DNA of 64,000 nt from Azolla caroliniana (Eukaryota > Plantae > Polypodiophyta), in the NCBI GenBank assembly GCA_043228905.1, contig JBHGNT010000013.1, forward strand, positions 1,860,001 through 1,924,000, read 5' to 3'. How positions within the stretch are numbered: the stretch's first letter is position 1; the number at the start of each line of letters is the position of its first letter. Below the pieces are notes generated by a model, which was not told the DNA's origin, did not search any database, and saw only the letters and a program-made list of their open reading frames with translations. The translations under genes were made by a program, and so were the position numbers. This document shows positions 14,101-26,352 of the stretch, one piece after another.

Positions 14101-17100
14101 GGTATTATGTTTAATACGTACTTTGGTTTCCATTTGCTGCTTGTTTTTACTAATGTACGCATCTAGTGCTTCTTTACTAATGTAGAGACCTAGTCAAGGC
14201 ACAACTGCTTTATTGGCTTAGCTAAAAACATTTAATTGTCTCTACTTTTGCAACACTAACATTCATTAAACAAGACATATAATCAAACATAGAGTGCTAT
14301 TAAGGATAGACAATAAAGGCATTTGAATTCAAAACTATCCTAGATAAGTCACATGTAGTGTGTCTTGGTTTCTCTTTTTGTCTTACTTTTAGAGGGATTG
14401 TTGGGTCAAAATGTTGTATAGTAACATTAATGGATGAAGTGAACTAGATTAAAGATGGGCCTATTATATCCTGAATGACCGTATATAATTGGCCAGACAA
14501 AAGCTTGTTGTTTATTGGTGTATAAAATATGAATCCTTAGTTGGCTAGTAGGCGGACAAGTATGGTTTGGACACAAACTTGTTGTTTATTGGTGTATAAA
14601 ATGTTATCACAACTATTATGCTTCAAAGATGCACTCAAATATGCTTACTTATTTACGACCAAGTCACATAATCTGAATGCTTTGCCTTTTCCTTATGATT
14701 TTCCTATTTTTACATAGGGTTAGGGTTACACCTTGAGACATGTTTTACAATCAAGTGCTAACATACCATGGTTGTGTTAGGGAAACCCTTCATACCCCAC
14801 ATTAGAGTCAAGTTGAGTGAAGATCATGCAACTTAGAATATATGTAGAATCTGATTATCCCCAAACACCTTCTTGTGCACAAGATTACAATCTTGATTGG
14901 CGATGCACTGATACGAGGGGTTCCCTTGTGTTTACCTGACTTAGAAGTTAAGGCATTTGACTTTGTAACATCAGAGGTTCATTTAACATGAATCTTAACA
15001 TTGTGTTCCATGAATGTAGAATATCAATATGTAGTGCTCACCTTTGTGAACAATCACAATACTATAAACCCTAAACCCTTTGTGGCAACTAGTCACCTGG
15101 GATATCGTGGGGCACCAAGAAATCCCAAAGTACAAGCAAGTTCCCCTCTATTATGTCATATCAAAAGTAGGATGCCTCACATTAATTGATGGGCCTCAGT
15201 TAAGGGCGTATTTGGTTGAGAAGAGAGTCACATCACACACACACACATAGCCCCGTGAATCTCTCACTAATCATTTCTGAAGTACTTGCTAATTGATGAG
15301 TCAATATTAGTCCCTAAAGTTGGTACCTAAAGTCAGACTCATCTTTGTATGCAAATATTACTAATGCCCTCAATGTGCACACTATCATATTTAGTTTACA
15401 TTTGAAGATTCTACATTCTATTTGGCTCAATATTGTGACATTCTAATCATTAAAAGGTGTCACAACTCATGTATCTTGGGCGAGTGACAAGCCATCCATC
15501 TATATTGAGGATGTGCTACTTCGATTCATAATTCCCAATTCATTTCCTCCCCTTATAGATACTCATAATTTATGTTCTTTTTTCCTCATAAAACGAGAGC
15601 GCTCCAACATGTGTTACCTAATCATATATGTTTTGACATTGTTCATGAAGATTGGTCCTTGGGTTGATCTCTATCTCCTTATAAACAAGATTGGGTTACT
15701 AAGGTGGAATGCTCACATGGCTAAAGGATGAGAAGGAGATTAATTCCATGAATTGGCATTGAATGAGGATTGTAATCCTCATTGGAGATCTACGAAAACC
15801 TTAGAGAAGTCGGGGAACATAGAACCTAGTAAATCACGCTCCTCAAACTAAGTGGCGTGTGAAACTTGAGTAAGAAATAATAAAGTCATATCGATGAGTT
15901 ATTGATTGCATACGTTTATAAAATTTGTACAAATGTATAATATAGGGATGTCAATGTGGCATTAAATTGTGACAACATCAAAGCATGCCCTTGCATATAA
16001 ATTGACTCATCCTATGAAACTTAAATGCCTAAAAGAGTAGGACACTCAATCAATAAAAGGATGAACCCACAGTGGATAAATTCATTGCATGGAAATTGAT
16101 AGTTTTTACAATGTTGCCACAAGCCAAGTGTGAAATTGCATTATTGATGTATTGAATTCATCCACTTGCTAAGATGTAGAAAAGTACCATCAATAAAGCT
16201 GATATGATATTCCGAAAAAAAACACTTGGGAATATGGACGAGAATCCAAATTATCTTACCCAAAATAAAGAGGATTGTTAGGTCCTAAAAGGTATGTGTG
16301 AAAACAACATTGCCATGATGAATGAATATAAACAAGAACTCTCAATTCACCAAACTCATCTTTGGGGCCGTTGTTGGCAATCTCTTTTCCTCATATATAA
16401 TTATTCAAAATTTGAGGGTGCGCCAAAACAATAATCCAAACTCCATGTTTGATATACTTGTTGGAAAGAATGACCAATGTGTTTGTCGAGAAAACACACG
16501 ATAAGTGATTAGTCGGGTGCCATCGAGAATTGACATTTTTGTCAGCGTCCATGACATTTTTGGACTTCACCGTGAAAATTTTGGAATTAGTTCTGCAAGG
16601 ACTTCTTGTGACGTGATGTGTATGACTGAAGCATGTTGGACATGAAAAGGGATTTTCAAGTAAACTCATGCATAATATATTTACATACGGATGATGAATG
16701 GGTGGTCCAATGGCTCAAACCTAGTATTAAATATAATTGGTAGTTTGGTGGTCCCGTTTTCTGATGTGGAAAAGCTTTTCACTGAAAAAAAGGGTTCATC
16801 ACTTTTTTTTGATGATTATAAAGATAGGTGAGAAGTGCACTAGCATGTAAGGATTTTGAATATACACTTTCACCTACTACTAGAGATGCTTCGTTGTGTG
16901 GATAAACACTTGATGTCCTTGTGGCAATCACATGAAATTGAGGAAAATGATAAGAGGATGGGGTGTTATCGAACAAGGTGTCGTGGCCCATGGTGCTAAT
17001 TTCATGCTTGGAAAAAAGGATTGGCCACAAATAAGACTTGCATTTGAGCTTTCCTTGTGTGGAAATAGTCATAACTATATGCCAACATAAATATAGATGC

Positions 17101-18917
17101 AAGAAATACAAATGAACTATTATCCTATCATTTAAAAGTCTATTATTGCACCATATAATCCTTGACCAACATATCAAGAAAAACAGACCACACAATACAA
17201 TCATTGATGCTTGGTCACATTCCCTACAAAAATGATAGCTTTGTGAAGAGGATCTCATTATGTGGAACGATCGACGACTTATCAACAAAGGATATGGCTT
17301 CCATCACACATCTGAGTATTTACACGGATGGACATTTAAAACTAATGTGACTCTTTCACTTAAATCTTGTTGGATATCCAATACTCATCGACACGAGATT
17401 CTATCATATAATGGTCACATTAGCGACAAGGCATGTATGCTGTGATGAATAAATTTGGTGGATACGGATAATGATGCCAACACAATGGTGGTTGACTTTA
17501 GTATAGGAACATGAAATATTAAAGGTTCTTGCCTTTGTGAAATTTAAAAGCAAGGAAGGACCTACCGTTGTTGATAGTATTAAAAAAACCTTAAAGCATA
17601 ATGAGGTGTATAAACCTCAACAAAATTGGCCAAACTGGGGCGTTGCAAATTCAAACTCGCGGCCTCTCGCACCCAAAGCAAGAATCATACCACTAGACCA
17701 AACGCCCATTGATGATAATATGATAATGATTTTATTTAATATTTATGTCTTTATACATCACTTTACTCTAAACTCCTTCCTACGTATTAATTTCAGAAGA
17801 GCCCCTTTTCTACGTTCTACATTTATTGCATATATTGATAGAGATTTATATAAACCCTATTTTACATTACAACTTGATGAACAACCAATAATACATCTAG
17901 GCTATGTAAGATTTAGTTTTGGCTGACTAAGGACCTTACGGTTTGGTAAGGTTAAGTTTTACGCATTTTAAGACATACTAGAACCTTGCTAATGATTAGA
18001 CAATGTAAGAAATAGTGAGTATTTCCTTCCGATTGAAATGTGCAAGAAAAGAAATGATTTGTCATTGCGTATTTAGGATTGATACACAAGATAAACCCCA
18101 ATCATTACTCTCCAAATAAAGATATTTGCTTGAAATTCTAGAACTTACACTATAGGATATTCCCCCACCCACAGTGAGTTTTGATTACATGCCAAATTTC
18201 ATTCAACCTTGAAGTGATCCCATGGAGTAACAATGCCAAATAAATATTAGCGGTTACTTGAAAATTTGAGCTCTTCCTTGTAAATACCAATCTAAGCACA
18301 ATTGCTCTTCTATCCACATATTTAAGTGGCCCTACCTTAATGATAGAGTTTGCAACTTCAATCAATTAAACATACATGTTGGTGTAATGCACAATAAACA
18401 TATTGCATCATGTAACTAGGAGTTACCTTTCTCTTTACGAGATGGGAATACCCACTTTGATAAAGAAAGGACTTCTTGCCAATTCCTGTCATGAAATGGC
18501 AAGACTCAAACCCATGACCTTAGGTTATATGGGTCGAGCTCTTGACCATTAGATCATCTATTGTAATACGTAGGATATTATTTTCATTTACATTTTATTA
18601 TAGGAAATTAGTGTATATTCCAGATTTCTCTAGAACATTCTAGAAGCGTCAGGATTACTCTTGAAAACACTATAAAAGAGGGCACTAGGCATTATGTTGA
18701 ACCAATTTGGTTCAACATAATGCCTAGTGCCCTCTTTTATAGTGTTTTCAGGAGTAATCCTGAAGCTTCTAGAATGTTCCAAAGAAATCTGGAATATACA
18801 CTAATTTCCTATAATAAAATGTAAATGAAAATAATATCCTACGTATTACAATAGATGATCTAATGGTCAAGAGCTCGACCCATATAACCTAAGGTCATGG
18901 GTTCGAGTCTTGCCATA

Positions 18918-21331
18918 TCATGACACTATCCCCCCTTTAAAACGACGAGTGTCACGAATCTTCTTGGATTGAGGACCTGGTTTGTGTGGATATTGACGAT
19001 GGAAGTCTTCAAGAAGAGCACGAGCATTGGTCACATTCTCGATCGGTTCCCAAGTACGTTTGCTGGGGCTATAGCCTAGCCAATCGACTAGATAGTAGAG
19101 CTTGTTGCGAACAATCTTGGAATCAAGGATGGCGGCAACCTCGTACTCTGGCCCATCTTCAAGCTCGATCGGGGGTGGAGGTTGGATAAGACGTCCTGGG
19201 ATGGTGCTCTCATGGTAGGGTTCGAGGAGAGAACTATGAAACACCGGATGTATCCGAAGTTGAGGAGGTAGATCGAGACGAAAAGCGACATCATTGATTT
19301 GTCCAATAATACGGAAAGGACCTAATCGCCGATAATCTAACTTCTCACATGGACGAGTAGTCTTGATGTGTCGTCGTAGCAGCCACACCCGATCTCCAAT
19401 ATTAAAACTGGATGGAAGTCGATGACGATCCGCGTAGACCTTGTGTGTTTGTTGAGCTTGCTGGAGATGAGTAAATAAATCTGCTTGTATCTTGTGTAAC
19501 TGCTCCAAACGATCCTCCGCGCACGGATTTGTGGACACCTCTGGGGTTTCAAGTACACTCCACCGGGGGTGACATACCGTATAAGCATAAAATGGCATAA
19601 CTTTAGTGGATGCGTGGATAGAGTTGTTATAGGCAAATTCGGCGAAGTGGAGAATATCTGCCCAGTCATCTTGATGATAGCTGAGAAAGCACCGCAGATA
19701 CTGCTCCAACGTTTGATTTGTTCGTTCAGCTTGGCCGTCGGTTTGTGGGTGGTAGCTGGGGGAGAGGTTACAAGTGACCTTGAGCATATTAAAAAGGTGC
19801 TTCTAGAATTTTGACATGAACTGGGGTCCACGGTCGCTGATGATACTGTCGGGAAGTTTATGATGCCGACATACTTCACGCATGACAATTTCGGCAGTGT
19901 CTTCACTGGAGATCTCCTTAGTACATGGCAAGAAATGAGCCATCTTTGTATATCGATCGACCACCGTTAGAATCGCATTGAACCCCTTAGAGACTGGAAG
20001 ATCTGTGATGAAGTCTAGAGCAATGGATTGCCACGGCTTGCTTGGAATTTGTAATGGTTCTAATAAACCATATGGATGATGCCTTGGCATTTTCGCTCTG
20101 CAACATGTATCACAAGTCCGAACAAAATCCTCGACAAATTGTCGCATACAGGGCCACCAAAATGTTCTTCTTGGGTCTTTGAATAAACCAGTAGATCATC
20201 CAAATAGATGATCAAACAATCATCCAATAGATCTCGGAATATATCATTAGCCATGTGCTGGAAGACTGCCGGCGCATTAGTGAGGCCGAACAGCATGACC
20301 GTATACTCAAAGTGCCCATATTTGGTGCGAAACGCGGTCTTCCATTCGTCTCCTGGTCGGATCCGTATGAGGTTATATGCTCCCCGTAAGTCGATCTTCG
20401 TGAAGAACCTGGCACCATTGATCCGTTCTAAAAGACTTGAGATAAGGGGAAGAGCATACCTATTCGTGATTGTAACCTTAATCAAGCCATGGTAATCTAC
20501 AACGAGACGAAGTGATTCATCTTTTTTTTTGACGAAGAGAATGGGCGCGCCGGCTGGAGATTTCGAATGCCGAATGAAACCATTTTCCAAATTCTCCTCT
20601 ATATAGGCCCGAAGGACTTCCAGCTCGGTTGGTGACAAATTGTAGATCGGTCCCCATGGCGGCTCTTTTCCCGGTTGTAAATCTATGGGGCGATCGTACG
20701 GTCAATGATGAGGAAGTGTGTTGGCTTGTACTTTATCGAACACATTGGCGTAATGACGATACTTCTCGGGAAGTTGAATGGTGGATTCTTCTTTAGTGGT
20801 GCTGGAGGGGTTTACTGATATTGCAAAGAGGAACATTTCCTCCGTGCGCCCTTCTTTACGCAACTGATGTAGCGAAATGGTTGCCATCTTCTGAGTTGAC
20901 CCTTGGGTTTGTCGACACCGGATTTCTCTTGTTCTCCAATCTATGTCTGGGTTATGTAACTCGAACCACGGTAATCCTAAAACTATAGGATGTTCTGGGA
21001 TACTAATAATATTAAATGATACTACACATGCTAAATTATCTAGGACAATATTAATGGGCTCTGACTCTTCTATGATATTTCCGGAAGCAATGGGACGTCC
21101 ATCAATGACTACTACAAAGGCTGGACACTGGAGTTTTCTTAGGGATATCTTATGAGCTTGAGCAAATTTCTTATCCATAAAGCAAGAGTTAGCTCCGGAA
21201 TCTAGGAGTGCTAGGACATGTACTGGAGGGGTACTTTTAGTACTAACTATTACTTGGGCTACGAACACATCACTAACTTGCTTAGATGGAATGGAACCAC
21301 TAATGGGCTGCACAGATCTAGGGCTGTCCAA
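18918..21331 (-). pseudogene. pol: Chromovirus pol (PR, RT, INT, chromodomain) with stops and a deletion of the RT C-terminus, RNase H and INT N-terminus at ~20160
   Basis: LLDSGA; [18 protein letters not shown]; YSKTQEEH joined directly to [15 protein letters not shown]; SDRG; YHPQTDGQAER; GPF; EYEVAAILD...YLVDWLGY...TWEP. Confidence 0.9.
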
Positions 21332-21357
21332 CCAAACGACTCCTATTTTGGCTGGAG

Positions 21358-22509
21358 TTAGTCATGTAATTCTTCTTCTAATTGACTAAGGACATCAAAT
21401 TTGTTTGCTAGATCTGGGATATTAGTACTATTAGGACTATCAGATATCCCTACTGAAATAGGCTCGGATTTAGTACAATTAGAACTAGCGACTATTTGGT
21501 TTACCTGTCTTCTTGGCCTATGGCGGCAATTTATTGCGATATGTCCTGGTCCACCGCAGTAAAGACATAGTCGATTTGTACAGCGTCGCTGCTTTTCTTC
21601 TTCGGATAATGGCCCTCGACGACGTGTAGTGTCAATCTCCATCGGAGTCGGAGTATTCGCTGGAGGCGCATTATATGACTCCCTCGGAAAAGGTCTTGCT
21701 ACCACTGAGGCGTAGGTGGGCTCTGATCTTGCCCTCGGCATCTGTAGCTGTCGTTCCGAATGTCGCTCAAAGAGGCGGTTATCACATCTCACCGCGCGAC
21801 TGATTGCTTCTGTTAAGGACTTTGGCTCTTCGGGGAAGGTCAATAGTAAATCCTTGACGTCGTTGTGTAAACCATAACGGAATTGCTCCATCAACGCTTG
21901 ATCATCCCAAGGGATATCGGCGGTGAGTTGGCGAAAATCTGCAGCGTATGCGGAGGTTGGACGGTCACCTTGGCGTAATCGCCGGATTTTGTTGATTGCG
22001 GTCCTGATGCTGTCAGTATCTCCGAAACATGCTTTAAACTCACCTAGAAACTCTTCAAAATCGTTGAGTAACGGAGATTCCTTTTCTAATAGTGGAGCGA
22101 ACCATGACAACGCTGAGCCACTTAACAAAGTGCCTACTAAACCCACTTGTGATGCATCGGTGGGATATCGGGAAGGATGCATTTGAATAACTAATCGTAC
22201 CTGGTTAAGGAACCCTCTAAATTGCGATTGCGTTCCATCGAACTTCGTGGGAAGGCCAATCTTGGGTTCTTTATGAATCCCTTGTGTTCCGGGCCCTTGT
22301 TGTTGCATCGCTACGATGGTTGCTTTGAGTTGTTGCACGCGTAATGCAAGTTCCCCATGTTGTTGTTGCGTTTGCTGCTTTTCTAAGGAGATTTGCTGAA
22401 GATCCCCCAGCAACCGTTGGTTTTCTTGTTCCAAAGCATGGAACTTCTCTTTCAAGCATTGAAATTCCGAGAAAACAGATTGATATTCTTCACCGCTAAC
22501 AGTGGCCAT
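21358..22509 (-). CDS. gag: Chromovirus Gag (coiled coil, retrotransposon gag domain, CCHC knuckle), intact 383 aa
   Basis: EPKIGLPTKFDG, LLSGSALSWF, PTPMEID, LCLYCGGPGHIAINC. Confidence 0.9.
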   Translation of the reverse strand: MATVSGEEYQSVFSEFQCLKEKFHALEQENQRLLGDLQQISLEKQQTQQQHGELALRVQQLKATIVAMQQQGPGTQGIHKEPKIGLPTKFDGTQSQFRGFLNQVRLVIQMHPSRYPTDASQVGLVGTLLSGSALSWFAPLLEKESPLLNDFEEFLGEFKACFGDTDSIRTAINKIRRLRQGDRPTSAYAADFRQLTADIPWDDQALMEQFRYGLHNDVKDLLLTFPEEPKSLTEAISRAVRCDNRLFERHSERQLQMPRARSEPTYASVVARPFPRESYNAPPANTPTPMEIDTTRRRGPLSEEEKQRRCTNRLCLYCGGPGHIAINCRHRPRRQVNQIVASSNCTKSEPISVGISDSPNSTNIPDLANKFDVLSQLEEELHD

Positions 22510-22558
22510 GGGATGAAAGAAAAGAGGAATAAAAGATTAGTAGGAAATGAGAGAGACA

Positions 22559-23066
22559 GATTTCCGTCTACTCGCCTCAGATATTCCCTGGGATGATCAG
22601 GCCCTCATGGAGCAGTTTCGCTACGGCTTGCGCAATGATGTCAAAGATTTGCTTTTAACCTTCCCCGAAGAACCAAAGTCTCTTACGGAGGCAATCAGTC
22701 GAGCGGTCCAATGTGACAACCGCCTTTTCGAACGGTGTTCGGAGCGTCAGTTACAAATACCACGCTCTCGGCCGGAACCCACATACGCCTCAGTCACGGC
22801 TAAACCATTTGCAAGCGATGTACCTCAAACCAATATTCCGACACCGATGGAGATCGACACCATGCGTCGACGCGGCCCGTTATCGGAAGAAGAAAAACAA
22901 CGACGATGTGCCAATCGATTATGCCTTTATTGCGGTGGACTAGGGCATATCGCCATCAATTGTCCCCATAGGCCAAGAAGACAGGTAAATCAAATCGTCG
23001 CCTGTACTAAACCCGAGTCAATTCTTCCCTTCGGAGTGTCTGATAGTATTAATAGTACTAATAGAC
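22559..23066 (+). pseudogene. gag: Gag C-terminal fragment of a sister subfamily (matches 54291-54545)
   Basis: DFRLLASDIPWDDQ...IPRSRPEPTYASVTAKPF...CLYCGGLGH. Confidence 0.85.
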
Positions 23067-23310
23067 TGTCAAGAATAGTACTAAAGCAGAGATGGAATTA
23101 GTACTAAGAAGGGAAGTACTATTAGTACTAAGAAGATGGGACTACATGAGATTCCCGAGAGAGGAAGTGAGAAGAGGAGAGAGAGAGATAACGGGGATGA
23201 GAGAGATAGAAAGAGGATGACAGCAGCTAATATATTATGTGAAAAGATAAGTACAAAGCGGCTAAGAGGCTTAAGACTGGCATTGAACCAATTTGGTTCA
23301 ACATAATGCC
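23067..23310 (-). repeat. R-U5 half of a sister-subfamily LTR
   Basis: Aligns by eye with 55148-55367; precise TGTC end at 23067; includes the TTGAACCAA-T-TTGGTTCAA palindrome. Confidence 0.85.
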
Positions 23311-24125
23311 AAGCTGAATGAACAAATCAAACGTTGGAGCAGTATCTGCGGTGCTTTCTCAGCTATCATCAAGATGACTGGGCAGATATTCTCCACTTCG
23401 CCGAATTTGCCTATAACAACTCTATCCACGCATCCACTAAAGTTACGCCATTTTATGCTTATACGGGATGTCACCCCCGGTGGAGTGTACTTGAAACCCC
23501 AAAGGTGTCCACAAATCCGTGCGCGGAGGATCGTTTGGAGCAGTTACGCAAGATACAAGCTGATTTATCTACTCATCTCCAGCAAGCTCAACAAACACAC
23601 AAGGTCTACGCGGATCGTCATCGACTTCCATCCAGTTTTAATATTGGAGATCGGGTGTGGCTCCTACGACGACACATCAAGACTACTCGTCCATGTGAGA
23701 AGTTAGATTATCGGCGATTAGGTCCTTTCCATATTATTGGACAGATTAATGATGTCGCTTTTCGTCTCGATCTACCTCCTCAACTTCGGATACATCCTGT
23801 GTTTCATAGTTCTCTCCTCGAACCCTACCACGAGAGCACCATCCCAGGACGTCTTATCCAACCTCCACCCCCGATCGAGCTTGAAGATGGGCCGGAGTAC
23901 GAGGTTGCCGCCATCCTTGATTCCAAGATTGTTCGCAACAAGCTCTACTATCTAGTCAATTGGCTAGGCTATAGCCCCAGCAAACGTACTTGGGAACTGA
24001 TCGAGAATGTGACCAATGCTCGTGCTCTTCTTGAAGACTTCCATCGTCAATATCCACACAAACCAGGTCCTCAATCCAAGAAGATTCGTGACACTCGTCG
24101 TTTTAAAGGGGGGATAGTGTCATGA
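23308..24125 (+). pseudogene. pol: Integrase C-terminus plus chromodomain; inverted duplicate of 18918-19735
   Basis: Nearly identical translation to the 18918-19787 ORF; constant coordinate sum (43043) indicates no net indels. Confidence 0.9.
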
Positions 24126-24412
24126 TATGGCAAGACTCGAACCCATGACCTTAGGTTATATGGGTCGAGCTCTTGACCATTAGATCATCTATTGTAATAC
24201 GTAGGATATTATTTTCATTTACATTTTATTATAGGAAATTAGTGTATATTCCAGATTTCTTTGGAACATTCTAGAAGCTTCAGGATTACTCCTGAAAACA
24301 CTATAAAAGAGGGCACTAGGCATTATGTTGAACCAAATTGGTTCAACGCCAGTCTTAAGGCTTTTAGCCACCATTGTATATTCTCTTCATATAATACATA
24401 TCTTTCTTATCA

Positions 24413-24450
<38 letters not shown>

Positions 24451-24555
24451 TGTCTCGCTCACTTCTTCCTTCTCTCGAAGAAGTTCCACACCTCTCATAG
24501 TACTAATCCTTCATTTAGTACTAATTCCTTCTCTGTCTCAGTACTGTTCATGACA
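24118..24555 (+). repeat. Complete 438-bp 3' LTR of chromovirus family 1
   Basis: TG...CA with 8-bp terminal IR; preceded by PPT; TATAAAAG at 24302. Confidence 0.92.
24263..24282 (+). promoter_or_regulatory. Perfect four-unit heat-shock element in LTR U3
   Basis: gGAAc aTTCt aGAAg cTTCa, 20 bp upstream of TATAAAAG. Confidence 0.7.
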
Positions 24556-24947
24556 ATACCTTATCAATGATTAAGGGCATGTAGAGCAGGGAACTTTAAG
24601 GGGATTAGTTCTATTGAGTATTGACCTTTACACCACCCCTTAATTATAATACTCAATCAAATGTTGTAGAAGAATACACAAGAATTCTGATTGCAAACAC
24701 ATGTCTTGTTACAACGAAAATTGATAAACCATCAACCTTGCTTGCTTGGTGATTAGTTTTCTCTCTACACCATCTTATTATCCTTTGATCACCTTGGTTT
24801 GAATCACACAACCCGATGATATATGGCAAATTTAGTCCATTAAGCTCTCATCAACATGTTGTCAGTTTGTAACTAATTCCTCTCATCTAGGAGTTGATGC
24901 CCTTCCTTATATAGGCCTAGTATGGGAAACTTCAATGTCTACTCCAA

Positions 24948-25226
24948 TGTTCATTCTGACAGGAATACACGCTCTGAATGAACTACGCTCGGCCACAACC
25001 GAGCCTAGAATTAAACACAGAAAACGGGAATGAATGCACGACACAATGGAGAGAAGAGTACACAGGACGTTTACGTGGAAAACCCAAACACGGGAAAAAC
25101 CACGACAGTCCACTGACTGCTAACTATCACTATGTAACAATATACAATAGTAAAGCACCGAGGCCACGACCTCGAGCTTGCTATCTTCGCCACAGGCGGC
25201 GGTTACAACAGAGATACGAACTCTTC

Positions 25227-25273
<47 letters not shown>

Positions 25274-25724
25274 CACACTGTTGCGCTCTAATCTAGTGCC
25301 AACAAGAATGACAACAACTCTATATCTCTAAGTTTGCCCTAAGTCATATTTATACTAATATGACTTTTTGGCTATTTACAAATATAGCCCCGATGGACTC
25401 TCAGAAACATATTTACGAATATGTCCCTTCATCCGGTGAACACTCCTCACCGGGCCTGCATCATCCGGCGCTTGCCAGACACTCATCATCCGGTTCTCAC
25501 CGGGTCTTCCGTTTCCGGGTACTCCTCATCCGGTTCTCACCGGGTCTTCCATAGCTGGGTACTTGTCATCCGGTTTCGGCCTCGGCTTATCGGCCCCGGC
25601 CGAGTTTGCTCATCGACACTGTTCTTCTCACTTCCCATCCGGAGGGACTTGTTTCCTAACACATTCTTGCTCCAACCACAACTTTTACTCCAAGAGTTGG
25701 CTTTGTCCCGCTTCGGTTACAACA
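24948..25724 (-). mobile_element. Probable Copia-type solo LTR (777 bp)
   Basis: TGTT...AACA ends; flanks TCCAA/TACAA (4/5); TTACGTGGAAAACCC...GGGAAAAACCAC motif seen in plant Copia LTRs; (CT)n tract; no coding sequence. Confidence 0.65.
25441..25576. repeat. 40-bp CCGG-rich tandem repeat (~3 units) inside the solo LTR
   Basis: ACTC(A/C)TCATCCGGTTCTCACCGGGTCTTCC at 25481 and 25521, partial at 25561, diverged at 25441. Confidence 0.85.
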
Positions 25725-26352
25725 TACAATTTGTTAGCTAACTTTATCTTTCATCACACTAGTTCGGCCATGACATTTATTACTCTACTGACGAAGGGTG
25801 CATATGTGTCTATCCTTGATTCCATGAGGGTCGATGTGTACACATGGTATTGACCACTCCCTATAATCATCCTACTTTTATTACGAGTGTAGTTACCTCA
25901 TACTGAGTTGTTGTGGGTTAATTCATGTTAGAAAGAGGGAGAGGATTGAAGACATTCAACTCTACGACTCTTAAGGGATACATTATTCTATAACGAGATT
26001 CTGTAGTGTGGCAGCCTCTAGTTGACAATCTCTTGAGTCCTTTTGGCTACCAAGGTACAACCCTCATATGTCTGCCATGGAATAGGACACCAATGGTCAT
26101 GTGGGCCCATCTCTCACCATTGGTAGGGGATGGTTGGGCGAACGTAGACTCTCTTTCTAACCTTCTCTTGAATTATTATTTTCATCTTTTACTTATATAG
26201 AATAAAAATTTGGTTAAACGTGCTTTTTTTTGGAGGCCAAAATCTAGATAAAAAAATTACACTGTTTCATGAAAAAATTACTTCAATCCAAATCAAAACT
26301 ATATTCCAAACATTCAATAGCACAACAAAACAAATAAGGTAACTCGAATTGT

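Larger units (their letters stand above)
18487..24555. mobile_element. Rearranged Ty3/Gypsy chromovirus (Tcn1-like, family 1): outer ends in + orientation, most of the interior inverted
   Basis: Ends TGTCATGA...TCATGACA; flanks ATTCC/ATACC (4/5 TSD match); PPT AAAGGGGGGATAG before the intact 3' LTR (24118-24555); gag, PR, RT, INT and chromodomain on the minus strand. Confidence 0.9.

Noticed and set aside
11200-18480. Short ORFs and possible decayed LINE or transposase remnants (e.g. 16779-17288, SIYTDG near 17315)
   Set aside because: No convincing motif series; cannot be classified without a homology search.
18855-18914. Functional tRNA gene
   Set aside because: Box spacing is tRNA-like, but the acceptor and anticodon stems do not pair and it is part of an LTR; reported as a tRNA-like module only.
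25441-25576. CRISPR-like repeat-spacer array
   Set aside because: Only 2-3 units, ~10-nt variable parts, inside a plant LTR, no cas genes; an ordinary tandem repeat.
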